A DNA stretch of 64,000 nucleotides from Amoebophrya sp. A120 (lineage: Eukaryota > Protista > Dinoflagellata), in assembly GCA_905178155.1 (NCBI GenBank), contig CAJINV010000015.1, forward strand, positions 1,878,571-1,942,570, given 5' to 3'. The notes under the pieces were generated by a model. The model saw only the letters and a list, made by a program, of their open reading frames with translations. It was not told the origin of the DNA and searched no databases. Made by a program: the position numbers and the translations under genes. Below, in pieces: positions 48,362-59,312 of this stretch. How positions within the stretch are numbered: the stretch's first letter is position 1; each line of letters opens with the position of its first letter.

Positions 48362-49478
48362 GGTGAAGATACGGTGTCTGGGCCGTGACGCCAACGCTGA
48401 ATTTTCTATGCGAGGATCTGAAGAAGAGATGAGGGGCGGGGAGACAAGCTAGCACTACTTATTAAGTAGTGCCCGCCAGTTAATAGAGGCTGAGCGAGGC
48501 CAACAATCACCAGGAGTTATTTTGCTTTTGGTACCGTCGTGTTACAGTAAAAAAATGCTCAACAGTCTTGGTATTCTGTTCTAGTTCTACAGGTCGCTAG
48601 TATAATCGATCTAAATAAATTTACTCATCTCTCCAGCGGCGTTTATTGGTCGCCACACTAACACTTTCTGTAAACAAGAAAAGGATAAGGATGAAGAGAG
48701 AGTTTCAATGAAAAAAGCACGGAGCTCTTTTGGCTCAAGAGAAAAGTTCAAAATTATGTAAGATGTTGAGCGGCGATCTTGCAGCGCCTGGAAATGATGA
48801 CCGCACTCTTGTTTCGTCGCGATCTCTGTCTCTCGGGAAATTTAAGATCTCAATTTCTGGTCATCTTCCTGCAATAAGGAGCCTTCGTCCCAACTCGATA
48901 TCGCTCCAAAAAAAAACCTTGTGGCTCGCTCACGCTCAAAGGTAAGAAGAACACCTAGCAGGCCTTCATGGAGATCTCAATGCTAGCTGCTAGGAATCAG
49001 CCCTGCCAGATGAAGATTTAATTGCTACCTGTCATCGTGTTCTTAAAAGAGTCAGCAAGTGGTCTGCAAAAATAGTGATTTTTTTTGCACAAAATGCACG
49101 GAGCTCTCCGAGCATCACAGCTCCGACAACAGGCGTGTTGTATCTTTTAACGATAAATACACCTCATCCTCAACTTCTAACACTACCAGAAAAACTAAAT
49201 CATACAATAACACGGACGAGATACTTACATCGTAATACAAAAACTGCTCCTGCTCTTGTTCCGAAACGAAACGAAGGCAGAAAGGCCTAGATCTATACTG
49301 TATTTCTATTTCTCCTTGGTTCTCACTCTCAGTCTTCACCATTTTTAAAACATTACTCAACACTTCGGAAAAATGTAACTTTGTGTGTTAGTGTTAGAAC
49401 ATTGCACAGCCCGTAGCTGGTGTCCTCTCAAAATCTTATCCCTGCTCAAATGTGTGACAAGTGACAGGATTCCAATGT

Positions 49479-52400
49479 CTACGGTGGAGAAGTGATGATG
49501 CGATCGTACAGCTCTCTGGCCAAAGCCTCACTTCCGCGCCAATTCGGATGCAAATTGTCGCGCTGGTTATACAACTCGGGCGTCTCGTCTCCGCGGAGCA
49601 CGTCATTGGTACTCAATGCCGTGATGTTATGCTTTGCAAAAGTATCGCGCTAGTGGTAATAAATTGCACTGTTGCCAAACTTCAATTTTCACTAGTTAAA
49701 GGGCTGAATTTGTAATGCTGAATTACCGAAAAAGGAGTAGAGTTGTGACGCGAGCTTGCAATTACCAATTAGTACGAGCGCGATACAAACTTTTGCAGAG
49801 GATAGATGCGAATCCCTTGCAGCTGGGGGCTTCCGTTTTTAATTTCTTCTAGTGTATCCCTCAACACCGGAAAGCTTGCTTGGAGCAAGCTGCCGTAGAA
49901 GATATTCACGATCGCAGTCGTCCCACTCGAGGCCAGAAACGAGTTCCCGTATCAAATAGAAAAGTGCCCCCACCACAGAATGTGGACGTGTTCGTGTTCT
50001 GTTTGCATGGCAAAAATGAATAACTCTCAACGGAAACATCATCTCCCACATCATCATTTCCATTACACGGACCAGCATGACAAATTTGCAAGCCAGAGTA
50101 GCCAAAGTCTGTGGAGGTTCACAGCGCCACAGCATCAACGATGTCTGTCATGTTGAATCTGCACAATAATGGCGTAGATACTGCTACCAAATGCGTCGCA
50201 TTCAGCACTTTATGCAAAAATACAGAAGGTTTTATATTTGATGTTCCGTGTGCTGGCAAGTTTGCAACACAAGCTGTTTCTGTTTGGTCTACTCATACTC
50301 TCTCGTGGTCATGGTGGAGGTCGTGGGTGCCCTTTTCACTGTAATATCCCAAGAACCGCGTTGATGCCGATGTGGTTTCTAAAGTAGCCGGGGCGCGTCC
50401 TCGGGAGGCCAAGGAGGATGATTTCCTTCGGTTTTTTCCTCTCGGTCAAAAACTTCAAATATCTCGGAAAATTTTCCCGCCACAGAGTCCTGAGTGCGTC
50501 GATGACCTCTCGCTCTAAAGATCCATTCCAAAGTCCTTGGATGATCGCTTGGCGACTTTTCCCATAGAGAACTTGCGGCAAGATACAACTTTGGTGCAAG
50601 TCATTGCCCGAGACGTGCACCACGATGCGGTCGTGCTCCGTCACGGTGTCCCGAATCGCGATGTCGTTTGCGGGGTTGTTTGGACCGCCGGGGACGGAGC
50701 GGTTTCGTAGCATAGAGCCCGCTTGCGCAGCCATCACGCATTGGGTGGAGTTCCACGGGTTAAGAATATCGTCTGCAGTGCTGTCGTGGAAGAATTTCGG
50801 CAGATAATACATGATGTCCGGCTTGAGGTAGGCCATAAACTTGTCGTAAGTATTCGGCAGATCGTGCTTCCTCTCGTCGGTTTCCAAAAAACGCGAGCCA
50901 TCCATCCAAGAGTCGCCGGACATGGTCCGAATCACGCACCTAGAAATCACGCACCTACGCCAGGAAAGCAGTGGCGACCGCTTGCTGCATCTACGAAAAG
51001 CGACTCCCGGTCGGCGCTCCACCACCTACAAAAAAACACCTATGATCACGAAACAGCGCCCCAAAAAGCAGATATCAACATACAGAACTGCGGGCCGCCC
51101 GAACCAACGACGACGACCTAAGGCGGAAAACGAAACGCCATGCAAATCAAATCCATCTCCATGCCAAGTCTGTGTCTCTCACCTTGTTTTATCTGCCGCA
51201 CGCAGCAGATGCTAAAAGTGCAGCAGTTTGCATTGCGTTTGCATTTTGTCAGAGCGAATTCTGACACGAGCGAATTCTGACACTAGATCGCTCGAACTAA
51301 GAAAGAGAAAAAGGGAAGAAACCAACGACCCGATGTATCCACAGGTAAAAATCTAGGAGCACAACCAAAGATAGCACTGCCAGTCAGCCAGATAGTATTT
51401 TGTAGCAAGCGTTAGCTACTTTCGCGTTCTTTTTTTGATAGCTAGAAAACAAAAAATCTCCTACCAAGGCATAGTGGATAGTTTATTCCTTCTTTTCCAA
51501 ATTCGTTCGGATGCCACTTTGCGTTCTTTGAGAAGCAAAAGTTTAGATGTCATCTTGCTTGCATGATTTGAAAACCGAAAAACACAACTTGCGTCTATGA
51601 ATGCGCAGGAGGCCGTTTGTGTACAGATATAAATATGAATCTACGTCGCACGTACTTCCAGAAGTTTTTCCTCGTAAGCATCGCTCTTATGCGTGCCTGG
51701 CTATGTGTCTTCGCCTTTCCTTTCATTCTGAGCATCGACATGAATTCCGACGATGCTTCATTCATTCATAACTTATCTTTTTTACGGATGTTGTAGATAG
51801 AGATACTCACTCACTCACTGATGTGTATCCGGGAGAATGAAGCGTGACCCTTATAAATATATTGCGAAATGCGACCCCTCGTTGGTGTGTGTGCACTTCC
51901 TTCACCTTCGTGTTCGTTGGTGCGGCGAGCAGGAACCTGTTGTAAGTTCAGTAGTTAAGAGTAGTTATAATTTGCAATAGTGTCCCTCGGAAGATCTACG
52001 ACTTGAAAAAGTGCACTGCTGTGACTGCTTGGAATTGCGACTGCTCTACGGCGTCGGCAGCCGCGGCGAGTGTGTCAGTCAGCGCGATTTACTCCTGCAA
52101 GTGTGCCAAGCTCCTCTAGCATGCCCAGGACATCCCTGAAGTGCTCGGAACAAGAACAATCAGTCCGCGCATCACTCGATTTTGAAACTCTCACACACCA
52201 ACATGACGCGCATGCATTAAATCTACACATCTCACACACCAACAGCATGCATCTCACACACCAACATGACGAATCATTTTCTAAAAAAAACGCGAGCCAT
52301 CCATCCATCCAAGAGTCCATCCATCCAAACAGCGCGAGCCATCCAGTCCAATCCTTCCCCGTTTTTTGGAAACAAGCCCAACCATCCATCCATCCAGTCC

Positions 52401-53196
52401 CCGTTTTTTGGAAACAAGCCCAACCAACCATCCATCTGTCTGGATGGATGGACTTGGTCCCCGTTTTTTGGAAGCGCGAGCCATCCGCGTTTTTTGGAAA
52501 GAGTCCATCCAAACAGCGTTGTTTGGACATCCATCCTCGCGTTTCCAAAAAACGCGAGCCATCCACCCAAGAGTCGCCCGCAAGGTACACAACGCTAGCC
52601 GGCCGCGGGTTGCTTTGACTTTGATGGCCTGCTGCAGTCGTGTTTGCACTCAAAATGCCGCGGAGGTTCGCGACTATCTGCCTGACAGTTTGCCCATTCG
52701 TGCGCTCCCGGTACCCGTAATACCTGGTAGCGTTGATCTGTGTCAGGGTGGTTGCGGAGGCTCTTTCAGTGAAAGCGCCTCCGCCGCTGGTGCCAACGCT
52801 GCTGCCTCCCACCCCGTCGTTGCCTCCTCCGGCAGTTGGAGGCGGAGTGGGGGCCACGTTGTTCCCCTCTGTACCACTGGAAGTAGACCGCGCGTGGTTT
52901 TTATTAACCGCGACAATGAAGACTCCGGCCGTCGTAAGAAACGCGATGAGAACTATGGCCCAGAGTGGGAGACAGGGAGAACTGCGAGGAGACGGGTTCA
53001 AATGTTCGGATTGTTGCAGGAGGGTGTCATCAACTTCAGATCCTCCTGCATGACAAGATTTGGAATTCTTCGAGCCATCGCGGTTCTTCGAGCCATCGTG
53101 GTTTTGATGCTTTTGCTTTTCTCCACCCCGCCCCAACAAGAAAGGATCTTCGTCTGCATAGTACCGATGCTCTGCTAGAATCGTTGTTTGGGTCAT
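49479..53196 (-). CDS. SGNH/GDSL-type hydrolase, type II membrane-anchored, paralog 1 (1.6-kb insertion at the GDS motif; possibly a pseudogene)
   Basis: N-terminal TM, VYLAGDSW, VSGND, DNLHP; homologous to the two following copies. Confidence 0.7.
49628..49804. mobile_element. Introner family B (shared by the three SGNH paralogs)
   Basis: DR GATGT/GATGC; same site as 54795 and 59462. Confidence 0.85.
49950..50346. mobile_element. Introner family K (shared by the three SGNH paralogs)
   Basis: TAT-N6-GAAAAG…CTTTTCA-N5-ATA; DR TCCCG/TCCCA. Confidence 0.85.
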
Positions 53197-54645
53197 GATC
53201 GTGTTTTTGATTTTTTCTTCACTACCTCTGGGAAAAACCCAACAACATTCTAAATGCCTCGGAAAAGTTAAAGTTGAAGCTCTTGCTCTAGCTTCCCGCT
53301 TCTGAAATAAATGCACTGCCGGCGAGGTTTCCCAGTATGCTGCATTGATGTTGATCGTGAGCGCCATAAATTAATTAGCGAGTCAAAGAAATAGACGTCC
53401 TCCTGTGCCTTTCTTGGTATCTCTCAGCATTTTTTTTGCCATCCTCTCAGCATCTATATCCGACCATTGGTTTGCGTTTGAGTACTCATCATCTTCGTCA
53501 CCGAATGTCTACTGGATCAATCTCTAGAACAGATCTAGGCACTTCAGATTTGGGTCGCGACACTCTGACCGAATACTTCTAGAGCGGTTTTTATTTTCCG
53601 ATCCAAACTGGCCAAGCTCAACGCCTGGACGAGACCGTAGCCAGGTCGTGGTCGCTCCTACTACTGATCATCTTCCAGCAATAAGGAGCCTTCGCCCCAA
53701 CTCGATATCGCTCCAATAAAAACGACCTCGTGGCTCGTTCACGCTCAAAGGTAAGAACACATAGCAGGCCTTTATGAAGATGCTTTGTATCTTCACTTCA
53801 ATCATGAAGAGGAGGAGGAGGAGGACACCTCTATAGTCAGCTTCTAACTACTAAGCTACTCTCTTTTTTAAGCTAACCATAGGACATGTTTCTGAGGACG
53901 ACTAGCCGAGCTGGGGATAGGTTTTTATGGGTATGGGGTATGGGTATCTTTAAGAAATAGTCTTTTTTTATCATCCGCGCAGATGAATACTTACGCAACA
54001 AACCAAAACTTCTTTTCAGCGTGTCACATTTCCCGGTGATGTGGGGAAATCTCCAAAATGGACACGCATCATTTTTCTTGCGTTGTCAAAACAATCAAAC
54101 TGAATCTGAATACTAGCTGCTAGGAATCAACAGCTCACCTGCCAGAAGATTCAATTTGCTCACGTCTCCAAAAATAGTGATCTTTTTTGCACAAGATGCG
54201 CGAAGCTCTCTGAGCAGCAGAGCGAGAGCCCCGACAACCGGCGCGCTGTATCTTTTACCGATACTTACGTAAATAAACCGTAATTATACACGATTAGAAA
54301 AATAACCTAAATCATACAATTTAGAAAGCTCTACAAGTACTCCATACACGGGGACGGGTAAGTTGTGGAAGATCATTATACAAGAATTGCTCCTCCCCTT
54401 GTTCAGTCGAACCAAGACGAACGCAGAAAACCTAGCTCCATAATCAAAACATTTCTTCTTGTTTATCAGTCTTCACCTTTGCCTTTCTTGAAACATCACT
54501 CAATGAATACAATACCTAGGAAAAATCCAACTTTGTGTGTTAGTGTTAGTGTTAGAACATGTACATGGCACAGCCCGTAGCTGTCCGCTCAAATAAATCT
54601 TATCCCTGCTCAAATGTAGTTTAACAAATGACAAGATTTCAATGT

Positions 54646-57170
54646 CTACGGTGGAGAAGTGGTGATGTGATCGTACAGCTTTCTGGCCAAAACCTCACTC
54701 CCGCGCGAATTCGGATGCAAATTGTCGTGCTGGTTGTACAGGTCGGGCGTCTCGTCTCCGCGCAGCACGTCATTGGTAGTCAGTGTCGTGACGCTATGCA
54801 TTGCAAAAGTATCGCTATCGTGCTAGCAGTCGTGGCTGTTGCATAATTTTCGCCAAATTTATTTCTCCAGTTCCTGAAGGGCTACCAGTTTGTACGTGCG
54901 GAAGTACTTACCGATGAAAAAGGACAAGGAGTAGGGCTGTCATGCAACGTTGATGCAATAATTAGTACGAGCCCGATAGAATTACTTTTACTTTTGCAGA
55001 GGATAGATGCGGATCCCTTGCAATTCGGGGTTTCCATTCTGAATTTCGTTCAGTGTATCGGTCAACACCGGAAAACCTTCGCGGAGCAAGCTGAGATAGA
55101 ATTGGTTTACAATGTAGGTCCCGGTCGAGGCCAGAAACGTGCTCCCGTATAAAGTTGAAAAGTGCTCCCACCACAGAGTGTGGAAGTGTTATTCTTGTTT
55201 GCTCCGCAAATTATGCAAACATAACTGCCAAAGCCAACACAAACATCTCCCACATTCTTGCACGCACCAGAGAGTGCGGACCAATTTGCAAGCCGAAGTA
55301 GCGCTGAAAGTCTGTGATCTGTGCTGCATAGCGCCACAGCGTCAACGATGTCTGTCATGTTGAAGTTGAGTCTGCATAAATGGCTTAGATAGTGATAAGT
55401 ACTTACCAATAAATGCGTCGCATTCATCACTTTACGGAATACAGAAAGAAGTTTCCGTGTCAAAAAATTGCAACGCGAGCTACTGCTATTTGGTCTTCTC
55501 GTGGTCGTGGTGGGGGGGCACTTTTCATTCTAATATCCCGACCGCGTTGGCGATGTGGCCTCGAAAGTAGCCTGCGCGCGTCCTAGGAAGCGAGAGGACG
55601 ATGATGTCCTTCGGTTTTTTCTTCTCGGTCAAAAACTTCAGATACCTCGGAAAATTTTCCCGCCACAGAGTCCGGTATGCGTCGATGAATTCTCGCTTTA
55701 AAGATCCACCCAAAAGTCCGCTGATGATCGCTTGCCGGCTTTTCCCCAGGAGAACTTGCTGCAAGATACTTTGGTGTAAGTCATTGCCCGAGACGTGCAC
55801 CACAATGCGGTCGTGCTCCGTCACGGTGTCCCGAATCGCGACGTCGTTTGCGGGGTTGTTTGGACCGCCTGGGACGGAGCGGTCTCTCAGCGTAGAGCCC
55901 GCTTGCGCAGCCATCACGCATTGGGTGGAGCTGGAGTCTCCAGCCGTGCTGTCGTGGAACAGTTTCGACAGGTAATACATGATGTCCGGCTTCAGGTACG
56001 GCATAAACTTGTCGTATGTATTCGGTAGCTTGTTCTGCATTTTGTCGTTTGCAGTATCCACAAACGGCGAGACATCCATCCAAGAGTCGCCCGCAAGGTA
56101 CACGATGCGAGCCGTATTTGATGGCGCGTTTGCATTCAATATACCGCGGAGGTTCGCGACGATCTGCCTTATCAAGTGCAAAAGTGTCTGGGTCTGGAAG
56201 ATTCTGAGACTTGTCATGCAAGTTTTGCATGGCCGTCCATGATGTCGGTCGTGATTTTTGCCCTAGCATCAGAGATTTTTGGAGGGCTTCTGGATCATGC
56301 CTATTCCGCGCGACAAATGCCCTCTACTTCCCGTAGCAAAAATTGCATTCCCTTTGCTGCTCATGCAATACAGATTTTCATTTTTTTGAAAACCAAATGC
56401 AGCTGCAGCATCACAAGTTGCATTCTTCCAGAGGACCCAGACACTTTTACATTTGATATGCCTTACGGTTTGCCCATTCGTGCGCTCGTGCGCGTAGTAC
56501 TGGGCGGCGTCGATATGTGTGGGGGTGAAAGCGCCATTGCCCCCGCCGTTGCCTTTGCCATTAGATATGGATGTGTCAGAGTTGAAATCGACAAAGTTGA
56601 AATAACTTGTAATGCATAAGATGGATACCAGTTGGAGGCCCAACTTCGAAGCGGCGCACGACAAATTTCAGTAGAGCCGAAATCCAGTTTGTAATACTGT
56701 TCCGGTAAGCGTAAGGAAGACGCCTCTTGTCATGCTACTTTAGCAGCTCTATTTCTAACTACCCCGAAACAGGCTTACAGTCTGGTCCTTTTGCCTACTC
56801 TGCAAGACAGGCACTTTCTGCGTTGTATTTTATGCATGATATCATCAAACTATAATTTCAACTTTGACGATTTCAATCCTGACAGTTCCATAGTAGACCG
56901 CGCATGATTAACCGCGACAATGACTCCCGCCGTCGCACCCGCCACAGCGCCGAGGGACAGAAACGCGATGAGCACAATGGCCCAGATCGGGAGACAGGGG
57001 GAACTGCGACCAGAGGATTCGTTAAATTGTTCGGATTGTGGCACGCGGGTGTCATCAACTTCAGCTCCTCCTGCATGGTAAGTTTTCGACTTTTCTTCAT
57101 CCCGTCCCAGTAAGAGAGGATCTTCCTCTGCATACGACCGAGGCACTGCTGGAATTGTGTTTCCGGTCAT
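54646..57170 (-). CDS. SGNH/GDSL-type hydrolase, type II membrane-anchored, paralog 2
   Basis: Intact frame after removing 4 introners; blocks GDS, AGST, SGND, DNLHP. Confidence 0.85.
54795..55005. mobile_element. Introner family B (shared)
   Basis: DR GACGC/GATGC. Confidence 0.85.
55148..55535. mobile_element. Introner family K (shared)
   Basis: DR TCCCG/TCCCG. Confidence 0.9.
56170..56458. mobile_element. Introner family D, paralog-2 specific
   Basis: DR TGCCT/TGCCT; single TGCCT at empty sites ~52679 and ~60988. Confidence 0.95.
56566..56892. mobile_element. Introner family J, paralog-2 specific
   Basis: ~38-bp TIR TATGGA…GTTGAAATCGACAAAGTTGAAAT; DR TTAGA/GTAGA. Confidence 0.9.
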
Positions 57171-59312
57171 CGTGTTTTTGTTTTTGATTTTGATTTTGTC
57201 TTCACTTCCTCGCCGGGTCAAAAGTGAATAGCGTGTGCGCTCCTTCAGGTGAACGGGAAAAATGATAAGAGAAATACAATATATAATAAGCCTAGAGAAG
57301 TAAACTATAACCTAGGCACTTAGCTGAACGAGTACAATTCTTCTTTTGAAGTTTTTGCTTCGGGAAAGCAGGAGTTGGAGTTCTAGCTTCGTTCCTGCTA
57401 GTATAAAAATGCACGCAAGATGAAGTGGTCAAAACTATAAATAGAGGCTCTTTGCTATTCTACGATACTAGCTGCTGCTGTACAAGAAACTACTACTTAG
57501 GCTGATGTTCTACCGTGGTCAAAAGAGGCGGACGCGGACTGTGCCACTGCTATTCACATTTTTCTTGTACACGATCAAATGTCCTCCGGCTCGCTTTTGG
57601 GCAAGCATACACTTCTACATTGGGTTCTTTCAACGTTTTGATGCGACTTCTTCGTAATGAAAAATTCTCGAAAGAAATGATCTTGCTCAGAAACAGAGCT
57701 GATGTGCGCTCCTTCTAACTTTGTTGCAAGGTGAACTAGAGCGCACCAATGATCCAGTGAACTTCTACGTCAAGCCTTTCAAGATCATGAAGAACGTTTG
57801 CAGATGAGCTTCGTCTTGGTTCTTTATTTGGATCTGCGAGACAGAGCGATGATGAAGCGGATCTGTTCTGGATCTTCACAGGCGAGTATGACTGCCGTCA
57901 GTTCTGTTTTTGACAGATTTGAATACAGGGACAGCCACAGTCGTAGTGTGATGAGTTGTAGTTGATCTTCCTTCAGTAGTTCATGTGATCATGCCAAGGA
58001 CAGCACGCGGAATGGAAGAGCGCGTCTGTCCTCGCTGTTTCTGAAAACAAATACCACGCCGTCCTCCACACAGCCGCAGGGCACAGGACAATGTCAGACA
58101 GAGGGTCCTCGTCAACCATTTTTTGTCTTTTTCATGCGTTTCCCCTCCTCTTAGTATCTAACTATATCTTCCGGCCATTGGTTTGAGTAATATTCATCAC
58201 CGAATGTCTACTGGATCAATCTCTAGAGCAGATCTAGGCACTTCAGATTTGGGTCGCGACACTCTGGCCGAATACTTCCAGAGCGGTTCTTTTTTCCCGA
58301 TCCAAAATGGGCGAGCTCGACGCCTGGAGACCGTAGCCAGGTCGTGGTCGCTGCTACTACTGGTCATCTTCCTGCAATAAGGAGCCTTCGTATCGCTCCA
58401 AAAAAAACAATCTCGCGGCTCGCTCACGCTCAAAAGTATAGAACACATAACAGGCCTTTATGAAGATGCTTTCTATCATCTAAAGAAATAGCTCTTTTCT
58501 TCACCCGCGCAAATGAATACGCAACAAACCAAAACTTCTTTTTAGCGTGTCACATTTCCCGGTGATGTGGGGAAATCTCCAAAATGGACACGCATCATGT
58601 TTCTTGCGCTGTCAAAACAGTCAAACTGAATCTGAACCCTAAGTAGCTGCTAGGAATCAACAGCCCTGCCAGAAGATTCAATTTGCTCAAGTCTCCAAAA
58701 ATAGTGATCTTTTTTGCACAAGATGCGCGAAGCTCTCCGAGGACCAGAGCGAGAGCCCCGACAACCGGCGCGTTGTATCTTTTACCGATACTTACGTAAA
58801 TAAACCGTAATGATACACGATTAGAAAAACCTAAATCATACAATTATAACCGCTCTACAATTATACACGGGAGGTAAGTAGAAGATCATCATACAATAAT
58901 TGCTCCTCTTCGCCATCGGTTTCCTCGCCCGCCAGCGGCGTAAGTAAATTTTTAAGCTCGTCCTTCAGCGCCGCGCTTATCGCGTTGTCCTCCGAATCGG
59001 GTCGGCGGTTTTGCGTGTACCGCTCGACCTTCTTCCGCCACTTTCTCCCGTCCTGGGTGGTGTAGAGCGTGGCGTCGGTCGCATCTTCCGACCGAAACAA
59101 GACGAAAGCAGAAGACCTAGCTCCATACAACATTTCTTCTTGTTTATCCGTCTTCACCTTTCTTGAAACATCACTCAATACCTCGGAAAAATCCAACTTT
59201 GTGTTTTAGTGTTAGTGCTGTTAGTGTTAGAACATGGCACAGCCCGTAGCTGTTCTCTCAAAATCTTTATTCCTCCTCAAATGTAGTGTAACAAATGATA
59301 AGATTTCAATTT

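Noticed and set aside
53924-53948. TATGGG(G) short repeat as telomere-like sequence
   Set aside because: Only about three irregular units in an internal spacer.
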